Below are positions 40,239 to 50,400 of a DNA stretch of 64,000 bases, one piece after another. The translations under genes were made by a program, and so were the position numbers. The first letter of the stretch is position 1. Each line of letters begins with the position of its first letter. Source of the stretch: Phycisphaeraceae bacterium (GTDB lineage Bacteria > Planctomycetota > Phycisphaerae > Phycisphaerales > Phycisphaeraceae); NCBI GenBank assembly GCA_963674705.1, contig OY771506.1:4224001-4288000 (forward strand), in the 5' to 3' direction. Under the pieces are notes generated by a model. The model ran no database searches. It was given only the letters and a program-made list of their open reading frames with translations, and was not told where the DNA came from.

Positions 40239-43211
40239 TTATTCCATCAGGTCCGGCGCAAAACCGCGACGCATGGTGTTTTCACACACCGCACGCGGTT
40301 CCACGAATTGAAGCAGGTAGTCCTCGCCACCGGCTTTAGAACCGATACCGGACAAACCGAAGCCGCCGAATGGTTGCCTGCCGACAAGTGCGCCCGTGCA
40401 CGTGCGGTTCAGGTACAGATTACCCACGTGAAACTCCCGCATGGCTTGTTCCAGATGGCTCGGCGTGCGGCTGTAAACACCACCTGTCAGCTTGTAGGGG
40501 GAACTGTTGGCGACCTGTAACGCCTCATCGAAGTGATTGGCGCGCATCACGGCAAGCACAGGACCAAATACCTCTTCGTTTGCCAAGCGATGGTGGGGCT
40601 GGATACCGCTAAAAATATGCGGGCCGATGTAAGGTAATGCCGGGCGGTCTGTTGGTAATCCGTCAGGCACTGCCATAGACAACGCCTCTTGCCCTTCGGC
40701 TTGCCCGATCTCGATGTAGCTGCGGATTTTGGCAACAGCATCCGCATCAATCACGGGCCCGACATCGGTGTTCGGATCGAGCGGATCACCGATCACCAGC
40801 GCCTTGGTCGATTCAACCAGACGATCAAGAAACGCATCGTGGATCGAATCCATCACGATCACCCGACTACACGCAGAGCACTTCTGTCCGCTGTATCCAA
40901 AAGCAGAGTTGCGTACACCGACGACCGCTTCATCCAGGTCTGCTGAGTCGTCCACGATAATGGCGTTCTTCCCGCCCATCTCGCAGACAACACGCTTAAC
41001 GTGCTGTTGCGATTCACCTGTCAGGCCTGCGGCCTGAATGATGTCCAACCCCACGGCTTTGGAACCTGTGAATGCGATGATTGCCACGCGTGGATCACGC
41101 ACCAGCTTTGCGCCGACCGTTTCGCCTTGCCCGGGTAGATACTGAAGCACGTCTTTGGGCGTACCTGCCTGCCAGAGTATGTCGCACATCAGCGTCGCAA
41201 TGCCCGGCGTCTGCTCGGCCGGCTTGACGATGACCGTGTTCCCCGTCACCAATGCCGCTACTGTCATGCCGCAGCAGATCGCCAGCGGGAAGTTCCACGG
41301 GCTGATCACTACTGCGACGCCGCGCGGCTTATACCACTGGCTGTTGTGTTCGCCGACAAACTTCCCTAATCGTTTGGGTTCAAACAGTCCCACTGCCTGT
41401 CGGGCGTAATATTCACAGAAGTCGATCGCTTCACAGATATCCGCATCCGCCTCGCGCCAGGGTTTGCCCGCTTCCTTGATAACCATCCCGGCAAGCTCAT
41501 CGCGTCGATTGCGCATGAGTTGAGCGGCTTGCGTCAGCACCTTCGCGCGTTGCAGCGGATCGGTATCACGCCACGCCGCAAACGCCTGGGCCGCCCGATC
41601 CACTGCTTGTTCTGCCTGCTGTTGTGTGCTGTCATTCGCGACAGAAACCACCTTCGCCTTGGCAATCGTTTCCGTGAAAGCCTGCCTCTGGTCGGCTTGC
41701 GAAAAATCCCTGACCGGCTCATTGAAAAAGGGCCTGCCGTCGCCCACACCTTTCACCGCAGATGACAAGCTGTGATGTTCAGCACAACGTGAAAGCTTTT
41801 CCAATCCCGGATCAGGTGCATCCGGTATGACGGGCGCGGCTAGCAATTGGTCATCAGACGCACCTTGAACGAATCCCGCCTTGAGCCAGGACTGGTTCGA
41901 GGAGTTTTCCAGCAGGCGTCTGACCAGGTACGCCATCCCGGGGATCATCTCGCCAACCGGGACATACTCACGCACACGCACGCCACGTTGGATCAAGGCA
42001 GACTTGATGGCATCTCCCATACCAGTAAGCATCTGCACCTCGATTGCTGACGCGGGCAAATCCGCATACTCAACACAGGATAAAGCCGTGGCAATCGAGC
42101 GGATATTGTGTGACCCGATCGCTGCTTTGACGCCGCCCTGACCCTTCTCACGCGGCGTAGCCTCAATGATCCGGGCTATCACACGTTCAAAACACGCGTC
42201 CGTTTCCACCTTCCGCGACCAGACAGGCACCGGCCAGCCCATCTGCTCGGCGTGGATCGTCTCGTAATCCCAATACGCCCCCTTAACGAGCCGAACCGTA
42301 ACCTGCCGACCCGACTGACGCGACCAGTTGATAATCCGCTGCACATCCGCGTCAGCACTGCGCAAGTAAGCCTGCAGAGCAAGCCCGGCCTCGAATGCAT
42401 AACGCTCACAACACCGCATGAATAGATCGATAGTCAGGTCTTTGAGTTCATACTGCTCGATATCGAAGTTGATAAACACGCCTTGCTTGACCGCCGCTTC
42501 CAGGATCGGCCCCAGTGATGCTGTCAGTTCGTCGATTGCCCGATCGTGAGCGATCGGATCATTCTTAGCCGAAAGCGAGCTGATCTTGACAGATACATTA
42601 GTCCGCGGGATCTGCCCGAGATGGTCTTGTTCAATCAGGGGATTGCCCGGCCAGCTATCGACAGCCCGAGGCAGGTTGTGGACCAGGTCCAGATAGCGTT
42701 GGCGTGAAGCATCCGCTTCGGCCAGGCTGATACAGGCTTCGCCCAGTAAATCCACCGAGAATCCGATCCCACTGTCCCAACGCTTCCGCAACATCGGCAG
42801 GGCGGAGGTGGCATCTATGCCCGCGATGAAACGCTTGGCGGTGCTGGTGATCTGGGATGCGACCGTTTTTGCAAGGGTTCCTTTCATGATCCCGCCGGCC
42901 TTGAGGCCCAATCCCAGGCCGGGTGGCAGCTTCACCCCCGGCTGCGACAGGTAGTCCATCAGGTGCTCGTGCACCAGTTCAGGCGTCTTGAGTACCGGAA
43001 AAACATCTGTAAAACGGAATAATTGTGCCCGGAAGTCCTGGTCGGACATCGCCCAGTCCATCAGCTTGTCAGACAGCGGCGGTCCGGGTGCATGACGAGC
43101 GGCCTCGAGTAGTTCCCCGCCTATCTGGCGGATTCTCTGCTCCTGACCGGTTAAGACAGCTACCGAGGCAGCAGTAACAGAGCGATTACGTCGTCGAGAA
43201 AACAAGCTCAT
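40239..43211 (-). CDS. putA: Bifunctional proline dehydrogenase / P5C dehydrogenase
   Basis: DLLGE, VRLVKGAYWD, YLVRRLLEN; ALDH motifs SPWNFP, FTGS, EMGGKN, GQKCSA, EEVFGP. Confidence 0.96.
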   Translation of the reverse strand: MSLFSRRRNRSVTAASVAVLTGQEQRIRQIGGELLEAARHAPGPPLSDKLMDWAMSDQDFRAQLFRFTDVFPVLKTPELVHEHLMDYLSQPGVKLPPGLGLGLKAGGIMKGTLAKTVASQITSTAKRFIAGIDATSALPMLRKRWDSGIGFSVDLLGEACISLAEADASRQRYLDLVHNLPRAVDSWPGNPLIEQDHLGQIPRTNVSVKISSLSAKNDPIAHDRAIDELTASLGPILEAAVKQGVFINFDIEQYELKDLTIDLFMRCCERYAFEAGLALQAYLRSADADVQRIINWSRQSGRQVTVRLVKGAYWDYETIHAEQMGWPVPVWSRKVETDACFERVIARIIEATPREKGQGGVKAAIGSHNIRSIATALSCVEYADLPASAIEVQMLTGMGDAIKSALIQRGVRVREYVPVGEMIPGMAYLVRRLLENSSNQSWLKAGFVQGASDDQLLAAPVIPDAPDPGLEKLSRCAEHHSLSSAVKGVGDGRPFFNEPVRDFSQADQRQAFTETIAKAKVVSVANDSTQQQAEQAVDRAAQAFAAWRDTDPLQRAKVLTQAAQLMRNRRDELAGMVIKEAGKPWREADADICEAIDFCEYYARQAVGLFEPKRLGKFVGEHNSQWYKPRGVAVVISPWNFPLAICCGMTVAALVTGNTVIVKPAEQTPGIATLMCDILWQAGTPKDVLQYLPGQGETVGAKLVRDPRVAIIAFTGSKAVGLDIIQAAGLTGESQQHVKRVVCEMGGKNAIIVDDSADLDEAVVGVRNSAFGYSGQKCSACSRVIVMDSIHDAFLDRLVESTKALVIGDPLDPNTDVGPVIDADAVAKIRSYIEIGQAEGQEALSMAVPDGLPTDRPALPYIGPHIFSGIQPHHRLANEEVFGPVLAVMRANHFDEALQVANSSPYKLTGGVYSRTPSHLEQAMREFHVGNLYLNRTCTGALVGRQPFGGFGLSGIGSKAGGEDYLLQFVEPRAVCENTMRRGFAPDLME

Positions 43212-43336
43212 ACGTCACGCCTTTAGGTCAAATACGCAAGCCTGAATCACTCACAGCATCATATGTAAACACCGCCGATCACGTATAACTTTACCCCGCC
43301 GTGCTTAACGGACCGGTTTGTCGTACACTTCCCGCC

Positions 43337-44023
43337 ATGCAGCGTCTAATTATCACGCTGGACGGACCTGCCGGCGCCGGTAAATCCACTGTCGCCTGGC
43401 GTTTGGCTAAGCGCCTGGGACTCGAGTTCCTCGATACCGGGGCGATGTACCGTGGCCTGAGCGCCAAGTGCGTCGAACGCGGGATCGATCCGGTTGCCGA
43501 GGACTACGCCGTCGTCGAGTTGGCCCGTCACAGCACATTTCGTTTTGACTGGACCCATGATCCTCCGCGTTTAAGTGTCGGGGGCACCGACGTTACCGAC
43601 CGCCTGCGTGATATGGATGTCACCAGTAAGGTCTCCGATGTCGCCGCGATCTCCGGTGTCCGGCAGGTCATGGTTCGTGAACAGCGCCGTATGGGCGAAG
43701 AACACCCGCGCCTTGTTACTGAAGGCAGGGACCAGGGCTCGGTCGTTTTCCCCAAGGCTGAGGTCAAGTTTTATTTAGACGCTTCCCCTACAGTCCGGGC
43801 CAAGCGACGAGCCGATCAGCTCAAGGCGGCCGGTAAGAAAGTAGACCTGGAACAGATCAGAAAGAACATCCTCGAACGCGATCGCAAGGACTCCAGTCGC
43901 AAGGATGCTCCGTTGATCTGCCCGGAAGATGCTTTGCGGATCGACACATCGGACATGTCGCTCGAAGAGGTGGTGGATCACCTGGAAAACCTGGTTAAGC
44001 AAACGGCGGGGTCAGTGCTGTGA
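43337..44023 (+). CDS. cmk: Cytidylate kinase
   Basis: DGPAGAGKST, LDTGAMYR, EGRDQGSVVFP. Confidence 0.97.
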   Translation: MQRLIITLDGPAGAGKSTVAWRLAKRLGLEFLDTGAMYRGLSAKCVERGIDPVAEDYAVVELARHSTFRFDWTHDPPRLSVGGTDVTDRLRDMDVTSKVSDVAAISGVRQVMVREQRRMGEEHPRLVTEGRDQGSVVFPKAEVKFYLDASPTVRAKRRADQLKAAGKKVDLEQIRKNILERDRKDSSRKDAPLICPEDALRIDTSDMSLEEVVDHLENLVKQTAGSVL

Positions 44024-44691
44024 TCGAGAAATTGCGTCAACGCCAGCCCGGCGCTTCCATCTGGCGGATCCTGTTCTGGCATGCCATGCACCTGATCTGC
44101 TACCTGTTTTTCGTGCCCCTGTACCGTTACCGCGCGTACGGCACGAATAACATCCCGACCACCGGAGCCGTGCTGCTGGTCAGTAACCACCAGTCTTACT
44201 TCGACCCGATCATCGTCGGCCTGGCCTGCTCGCACAGGCAGTTCGCAGCCCTGGCACGCTCAACCCTGTTCGATAAGCACCCGCTTCTGGCCTGGATAAT
44301 CCGCATGCTCAACGCCATCCCCGTTTCGCGCGGTGAGACAGACGTTGCGGCCATGCGTAAGTGCATCGCCGAGTTGGAAAAGGGACAGGCCTTACTCATC
44401 TTCCCTGAAGGCACACGCACCGAAGACGGCTCGGTCAAGCCCTTTGAAACCGGCACGATGCTCCTGATCAAGCGTGCCAAACCGCTCGTGATGCCCGTTG
44501 CCATCGAAGGATCGTATGACGTCTGGAAGCGGGGCACCCGCCCCAAACTCCGCGGCAGGATAGCCGTGTCCTACGGCGAACCCGTCCCCGCTGAAATAAT
44601 CATCGCCATGGGGGCGGATAAGGGGCTGAACTTTTTACGTGACGAAGTCGACCGGATGCGGTTAGAATTGAAGTCACGCATCGGCGGTTAA
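44020..44691 (+). CDS. plsC: 1-acyl-sn-glycerol-3-phosphate acyltransferase
   Basis: NHQSYFD, FPEGTR. Confidence 0.9.
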   Translation: MIEKLRQRQPGASIWRILFWHAMHLICYLFFVPLYRYRAYGTNNIPTTGAVLLVSNHQSYFDPIIVGLACSHRQFAALARSTLFDKHPLLAWIIRMLNAIPVSRGETDVAAMRKCIAELEKGQALLIFPEGTRTEDGSVKPFETGTMLLIKRAKPLVMPVAIEGSYDVWKRGTRPKLRGRIAVSYGEPVPAEIIIAMGADKGLNFLRDEVDRMRLELKSRIGG

Positions 44692-44720
44692 AATACGTGC
44701 GCGGAAGCAGTTAATCCGGT

Positions 44721-44836
44721 CCCCTCTCCCCTCGGGAGAGGGTTAGGGTGAGGGCCGGACAGCATGTGTGTCCAGATAAAAGGTGGGGCGTTTCCAATAC
44801 CGCCCTCACCCCGGCCCTCTCCCGAGGGGAGAGGGG
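44721..44836. repeat. Inverted pair of CCCTCTCCC/GGGAGAGGG...GGGTGAGGG palindromic elements
   Basis: CCCTCTCCCCTCGGGAGAGGGTTAGGGTGAGGG followed by its approximate reverse complement. A near-identical element lies at 50314-50441. Confidence 0.85.
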
Positions 44837-44907
44837 GTAAGACATTTTTGCTATCGCGCTCGTGAAGTCAGTTTGAACATCGAACATCGCACATTGAACA
44901 CATCACC

Positions 44908-47313
44908 ATGCAAACCCTATTGATCGCACTTGGAGCCGGGGTCGCCTTCCTCATCGCGTACCACACGTACGGGCGCTGGTTAGGCCAGAAGATTTTCAAC
45001 CTCTCAGCAGATTATGTCTGCCCGTCGCACCGGCTTAAGGACGGCAAGGACTACGTGCCCTCGCCCAAGGCGATCGTCTTCGGCCACCACTTCACCTCCA
45101 TCGCCGGCACCGGCCCGATCGTCGGGCCCGCCATTGCGGTCATGTGGGGCTGGGTACCGGCACTGCTGTGGGTTCTTTTCGGCAGCATCTTCATCGGGGC
45201 TGTCCACGACTTCGGCTCACTGGTTGTCAGCCTCCGCAACAACGGCCAGACCGTCGGCGACATCGCCGGGCGATTGCTGAATAAACGTGTCCGCCTGTTG
45301 TTTCTCTTCGTGCTGTTCATGGCTCTGACCATCGTGCTGGCGATCTTCGGGCTGGTCATCGCCGCGGTGTTCAGGCAGTATCCGGCATCGATCTTCCCCT
45401 GTGTTGTCCAGATCCCGATCGCGGTCGGCATCGGGCTGTGGCTGCATAAAAAAGGTGTCAATCTCACGGTCCCGTCGCTCATAGCATTAGGCTTGATGTA
45501 CCTGACCGTGGCGTTCGGCGACCAGAACACTCAGATCGCCGAGATCAGCTGGCTGCCCGGGTGGCTTGCAGGGGGGATCGAGGCGCTCGAAACGGCGCTT
45601 CACGCGTTCAACGAAACACTCGCCGGCTGGTCTATCATGACCTGGGTCATCCTGCTTCTTTTGTATTCCTACATCGCGTCGGTGTTGCCGGTCTGGGTAC
45701 TGCTTCAGCCGCGAGATTACATCAACAGTCTGCAACTATTGACCGCACTGGGCCTGATCGTCGTCGGCCTGATCGTTGCCGCTGCCATCGGCGGAGCACC
45801 GCCGGTTGAAGGGGCAGCACGTCAGCCGCTGGAAGTCGTCGCCCCCGCGTGGAACTTCCACCCGGCCGGGGCCCCGATGATCTTCCCGTTCCTCTTCATC
45901 ACCATCGCCTGCGGCGCGATCTCTGGTTTTCACTGCCTCGTCAGCAGCGGCACCAGCAGCAAACAACTCGAACGCGAACCGGATGCAAGGTTTGTGGGGT
46001 ATGGTGCGATGCTGACGGAGGGCTTCCTTGCGACCATCGTGATATTGGCGTGTGTGGCGGGGTTGGGCTTAGGTTCAACGGTAAAGAATGCGGGGCCAGT
46101 CGCGTTTTCAATTGAAGATGCTTTACCCCCATCGGCACCTCATGGCATGGCAATGGATTACATCGGTCCCGATAGCAATGCACGAACGCTTACCGTAATT
46201 GCTGCTGGTGGTGCCACACTGACACGTTGGGAATTCCAAGAAACGAATGAGCGTATGAAAATCGGTTCAGAAGAACACGGCAATTCTTTCGTACAGGATG
46301 GCGTCGTCTTCTCCGGTGTTGATATGGAGCATGAGGTTTTAAACGCAAGTTTAATTGGCGCATCCGCATTCAATACACGTTATCAATCCTGGTCTGCCGC
46401 CGACGGCCTCGCACGCACCGTCGGCGCGTTCGTAGACGGCTCAGCCAACTTCCTCAAAGCGATGGGCATCCCCGGGGGAATAGCAATTGCACTGATGGGG
46501 GTGCTTGTCGCGTCCTTTGCCGGTACGACACTCGATACGGCTTGTCGTTTGCAGCGCTATGTTGTGCAGGAACTGGCCGCGACGTTCTTGCCGACACCGG
46601 GCGAGCGTGATTGTCCGGAGTGCGGGTATGACCTGCAGGGTAATATCTCAGGCACGTGCCCCGAATGCGGGTGGGAGATCGATCCGCAGAAGTTTGATAC
46701 CGCAGCAATAGCCGCGGGCAGCCCTGCCCGCGCGGAGGGTGATGTGGACACTGAAGGCGCAGAAGGCGCGCGACCTGGCAGGTCGCGGCTACAGTCAAAT
46801 CAACTCACGTTGAATCCGTTTACGTGGCTGCGTAACAAGCATGGTGCGACGATATTTGCGATCGCGGTGGCAACGTTCATTGCGGCGATGCCACCGGCCG
46901 GTGGGGCGTGGAGTTGGGCGGGGGCAGGCAAGGGGGGGATGATCCTCTGGCCGATGTTTGGCGCGACCAATCAACTGCTTGGCGGCCTGGCGTTTCTCGT
47001 CATCGGCTTCTACCTCTGGCGACGCAAGAAACCGGTCTGGTTCCTCGCACTTCCGATGCTGTTCATGCTGATCATGCCGGCCTGGGCGATGGGTTATCAG
47101 CTTTTTGTGAAAGGGATCAACATGGATACCAGTTGGCTCGGTGCCGACAAACCCAACTGGATCCTGATCGTCATCGCCTTGGCCACCCTGATCCTGGAAG
47201 CCTGGATGGTCGTCGAGGCGATTCTGCTTTGGCCGCGTGTTAAGGGGGTGTTGGAGCCGTTACTGCCCGGTAATGAGACGCCTGAGACACCAACAAACCA
47301 GCCTCAGACATAA
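44908..47313 (+). CDS. cstA: Carbon starvation protein A family transporter with two large insertions
   Basis: FGHHFTSIAGTGPIVGP, LLQPRDYIN, ITIACGAISGFH, TTLDTACRL, WPMFGATNQLL. Confidence 0.93.
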   Translation: MQTLLIALGAGVAFLIAYHTYGRWLGQKIFNLSADYVCPSHRLKDGKDYVPSPKAIVFGHHFTSIAGTGPIVGPAIAVMWGWVPALLWVLFGSIFIGAVHDFGSLVVSLRNNGQTVGDIAGRLLNKRVRLLFLFVLFMALTIVLAIFGLVIAAVFRQYPASIFPCVVQIPIAVGIGLWLHKKGVNLTVPSLIALGLMYLTVAFGDQNTQIAEISWLPGWLAGGIEALETALHAFNETLAGWSIMTWVILLLLYSYIASVLPVWVLLQPRDYINSLQLLTALGLIVVGLIVAAAIGGAPPVEGAARQPLEVVAPAWNFHPAGAPMIFPFLFITIACGAISGFHCLVSSGTSSKQLEREPDARFVGYGAMLTEGFLATIVILACVAGLGLGSTVKNAGPVAFSIEDALPPSAPHGMAMDYIGPDSNARTLTVIAAGGATLTRWEFQETNERMKIGSEEHGNSFVQDGVVFSGVDMEHEVLNASLIGASAFNTRYQSWSAADGLARTVGAFVDGSANFLKAMGIPGGIAIALMGVLVASFAGTTLDTACRLQRYVVQELAATFLPTPGERDCPECGYDLQGNISGTCPECGWEIDPQKFDTAAIAAGSPARAEGDVDTEGAEGARPGRSRLQSNQLTLNPFTWLRNKHGATIFAIAVATFIAAMPPAGGAWSWAGAGKGGMILWPMFGATNQLLGGLAFLVIGFYLWRRKKPVWFLALPMLFMLIMPAWAMGYQLFVKGINMDTSWLGADKPNWILIVIALATLILEAWMVVEAILLWPRVKGVLEPLLPGNETPETPTNQPQT

Positions 47314-47389
47314 AACATGGTCCAACTCGCCTGTCGGGGACGGATGATTTATCCTATGCTCTGCGCATTAGAGTATTTAGGAGCAACTG

Positions 47390-47842
47390 ATGGCTCGTAA
47401 CATAATCGCGATTCTTGGCTTGGCATTGATGCTGGGCGGCTGCGGTGTTGCCTTGCAGCCGGTGTCTTCACGCGTGGACTCGGTGCAGATCGATGAGCAG
47501 ACCGATGAAGGCATGCGTTTGCTGGTGACTGTGATCGCGGAAAACCCCAACGATATCCCGCTACCGATCGTGCGAGCGAAGTACCAGGTCGAGTTGCCGG
47601 GCGCGGGCGTGGAGACGTTCAAGTTCACGGACCTGCCGATGGCGACGATGCCTGCTAAGGGTAAACAAACCATCACGCTGCCCGCCGCGCTAGCGATGTC
47701 CGGTGGTAACGCCACAGGCCAGCAAGTCAAAGTCAACGGCCAACTGACCTACGAACCACCCGGTGAAATACGCAAGCTCATGACCGAATACGGCGTCCCC
47801 TTACCCTCATCCGGTTTCAGGTCCCAAGGCGAACTGCCATAA
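47390..47842 (+). CDS. LEA type 2-like lipoprotein
   Basis: LGGC lipobox; ENPNDIPLP motif. Confidence 0.7.
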   Translation: MARNIIAILGLALMLGGCGVALQPVSSRVDSVQIDEQTDEGMRLLVTVIAENPNDIPLPIVRAKYQVELPGAGVETFKFTDLPMATMPAKGKQTITLPAALAMSGGNATGQQVKVNGQLTYEPPGEIRKLMTEYGVPLPSSGFRSQGELP

Positions 47843-47887
47843 TCGTTTCTGACCACACACTACACCCCACACCTTACCCCCTTTCCC

Positions 47888-49540
47888 ATGTCCGACGACC
47901 GACGATACCTGATCCCGTTCCGTGCAACGCTGCTGCCGCAGATCTTCACCGACACACTGGTGATCGGTGGGGGAGTGGCCGGTTTGCGTGCTGCCGTCGC
48001 GGCCAGGGAACACGGCGATGTCATCGTCGCAGGTAAAGGCGGGATCAAGGATTCAAACACCTACTGGGCGCAGGGTGGCGTTTGTGTTGTCGTGGATGAG
48101 CAGGACAGCATTGATGAGCACGTGCAGGACACCCTGATCGCGGGGGCCGGTCTGTGCGATGAGCCGATCGTGCGGCAGATCGCTTCGGCTGCACGCGCTC
48201 GGATCGATGAACTGATAGACTGGGGGATGAATCTGGACCGGACCAGCGGCAAGCTGGCGCTGGGTAGAGAAGGGGGGCACAGCCATCCCCGTATCGTCCA
48301 TGCCGATGGCGACGCGACCGGCAAAGAACTGGCGATCACACTGAATCAACACGCAAGAAGCCTCGACCGCATCCGCCTGTTCGACAATTGCTTCGTGCTG
48401 GACCTGATCACGCTGGAAGGCTCACCGCCGCAGTGTCTGGGCGCGATCACGCACCACCCGAAGTACGGCCTGCAGGTCATCTGGGCGCAGGCCACGATCC
48501 TCGCCACCGGTGGCTGCGGACAGGTGTACCGTGAATCGACCAATCCCAGTTCGGCCACCGGCGACGGTCTTGCGATGGCGTACCGTGCCGGCGCTGAGGT
48601 GTCGGACCTTGAGTTCGTGCAGTTCCACCCAACAACGCTGTATGTCGCAGGCGCAAGCCGATCGCTGATTTCCGAAGCGGTGCGAGGCGAGGGGGCTTTG
48701 CTGATCGATCGCAACGGCCACCGCTTCATGCCTGATTATGATGAACGGGCAGAGCTCGCGCCGCGTGATATTGTCTCACGATCGATCCTCAAGCAGATGG
48801 CCGCGACAAATCACACCAATGTCTATCTCGATGTCCGACATTTGGGCGGTGATAGGTTCGCCAAACGTTTCCCGAGCATCTTTGAATTACTCAAGCAGTT
48901 TGACATCGATCCCAGTTCGCAGTTGATCCCGATCCATCCATCTGCCCACTACATGGTCGGCGGCGTCCGAACCGATGACCACGGCCGAACCAACATCCAA
49001 GGCCTCTACGCCGCGGGTGAAGTCGCCTACACCGGCTTCCACGGCGCAAACCGCCTCGCCAGCAACAGCCTGCTCGAAGGGCTTGTCTATGGCGAACTGG
49101 TCGGCCGAACCTGCAGCGAAGTAATCAACGGCGAAGGCTCTCGCACCCCCTACAAGGTGATTTCCGATATCCGCCCAAGCGACCGTTCCGAACTCGACCT
49201 TGCTGACGTACGGTCGAGCCTGCGAAGCGTGATGTGGCGTCACGTCGGGATCGAACGGCAAGGCGAACGTCTGGACGAAGTCGCTGAAATGTTCGACTTC
49301 TGGGCCCGTTACACGCTCGATAAAATCTTTGATGAGCGCACAGGCTGGGAAGTGCAGAACCTGCTGACCGTCGGCTCTTTGATCACGCGTGCCGCACGCC
49401 ACCGCACGGAAAGCCGCGGCTGCCACTTCAGGCTGGATCATCCAGAACCGAACGATGCGCTTCGGCATCACACTTTCTGGCAGCGCGGTCTGGAAAAGCC
49501 AATCACCGCGCCTGTCGTCGATTCCACGGTGAGCGCCTGA
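47888..49540 (+). CDS. nadB: L-aspartate oxidase
   Basis: GGGVAGL, WAQGG, REGGHS, QFHPT, LISEAVRGEG, LAPRDIV, HGANRLASNSLLE, ESRGCH. Confidence 0.96.
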   Translation: MSDDRRYLIPFRATLLPQIFTDTLVIGGGVAGLRAAVAAREHGDVIVAGKGGIKDSNTYWAQGGVCVVVDEQDSIDEHVQDTLIAGAGLCDEPIVRQIASAARARIDELIDWGMNLDRTSGKLALGREGGHSHPRIVHADGDATGKELAITLNQHARSLDRIRLFDNCFVLDLITLEGSPPQCLGAITHHPKYGLQVIWAQATILATGGCGQVYRESTNPSSATGDGLAMAYRAGAEVSDLEFVQFHPTTLYVAGASRSLISEAVRGEGALLIDRNGHRFMPDYDERAELAPRDIVSRSILKQMAATNHTNVYLDVRHLGGDRFAKRFPSIFELLKQFDIDPSSQLIPIHPSAHYMVGGVRTDDHGRTNIQGLYAAGEVAYTGFHGANRLASNSLLEGLVYGELVGRTCSEVINGEGSRTPYKVISDIRPSDRSELDLADVRSSLRSVMWRHVGIERQGERLDEVAEMFDFWARYTLDKIFDERTGWEVQNLLTVGSLITRAARHRTESRGCHFRLDHPEPNDALRHHTFWQRGLEKPITAPVVDSTVSA

Positions 49541-49548
49541 AAATCAGA

Positions 49549-50397
49549 TCATCTGGCCGTCGCTGGGTTCCACGCATCTACTGCTTGAGATTCATCATAG
49601 GTATCAGTTAGCGCCGTGCTGCTGCCGTGGCCGTCGGTATAGATCGTGTTGGTAATATCACCGTGACGCACCAGGTCCATCCCATCGCCCGGTTCGCTTC
49701 GGCCGAGTTTCCAGAAGTGCGCCATCACGTGGTCGATACCGAATTCTCCGCCGCCGACTTCGCCGAACATTACGGTCGCACTTGAGCGAGGGATGTCGGT
49801 TGTCTTGTGCCAGGTGTTGCCATCCAGCACAACCGCTTCCTTGGGATCGGGCGCATTGGGTTTTAATTCGAAGTACACATTCTTGCCGAAACTGATGTGC
49901 GAATTCGGTGGGGCGTAGCTTGGCTCCTGCACATCTCGTTCATCTTCCGGGCAGCGGTACAAAGTTCCTCTCAGTTGCAGCAGTTCCTTGCTTGAAAAGA
50001 TATTGATACTCAATGGATCCGATGCAAACGATTCATATCCCAGGTAAGGCCCAAGCTGAACGTCCCATGCCGCTGCGGGATTCGCCACGCTGAATGAGTG
50101 CACACTCGGCGGATACAGTTCATCGTTGTCGTGCGTGTACATCGCCATGGCCTGCCCGACGCTGAGCATCTTGGTCATGCACTGCATACGTCTGGCGATC
50201 TGCCGCGACTTGCCCAAAGCAGGCAGAAGCAAACCGATCAGCAACGCAATGATCGCGATACCGACTAGTAATTCGATAAGTGTGAAACCAGCCCTTCGTC
50301 GGCGTGATCGAATTCCGGTCCCCTCTCCCCTCGGGAGAGGGTTAGGGTGAGGGCCGTTCCTAATCAATCGACCGGCTATATCTCCGTGTGATTTCAT
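49549..50397 (-). CDS. Prepilin-type / H-X9-DG (DUF1559-like) protein
   Basis: G|FTLIELL, LLPAL...C, C-terminal HGDITNTIYTDG. Confidence 0.88.
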   Translation of the reverse strand: MKSHGDIAGRLIRNGPHPNPLPRGEGTGIRSRRRRAGFTLIELLVGIAIIALLIGLLLPALGKSRQIARRMQCMTKMLSVGQAMAMYTHDNDELYPPSVHSFSVANPAAAWDVQLGPYLGYESFASDPLSINIFSSKELLQLRGTLYRCPEDERDVQEPSYAPPNSHISFGKNVYFELKPNAPDPKEAVVLDGNTWHKTTDIPRSSATVMFGEVGGGEFGIDHVMAHFWKLGRSEPGDGMDLVRHGDITNTIYTDGHGSSTALTDTYDESQAVDAWNPATAR

Positions 50398-50400
50398 AAC

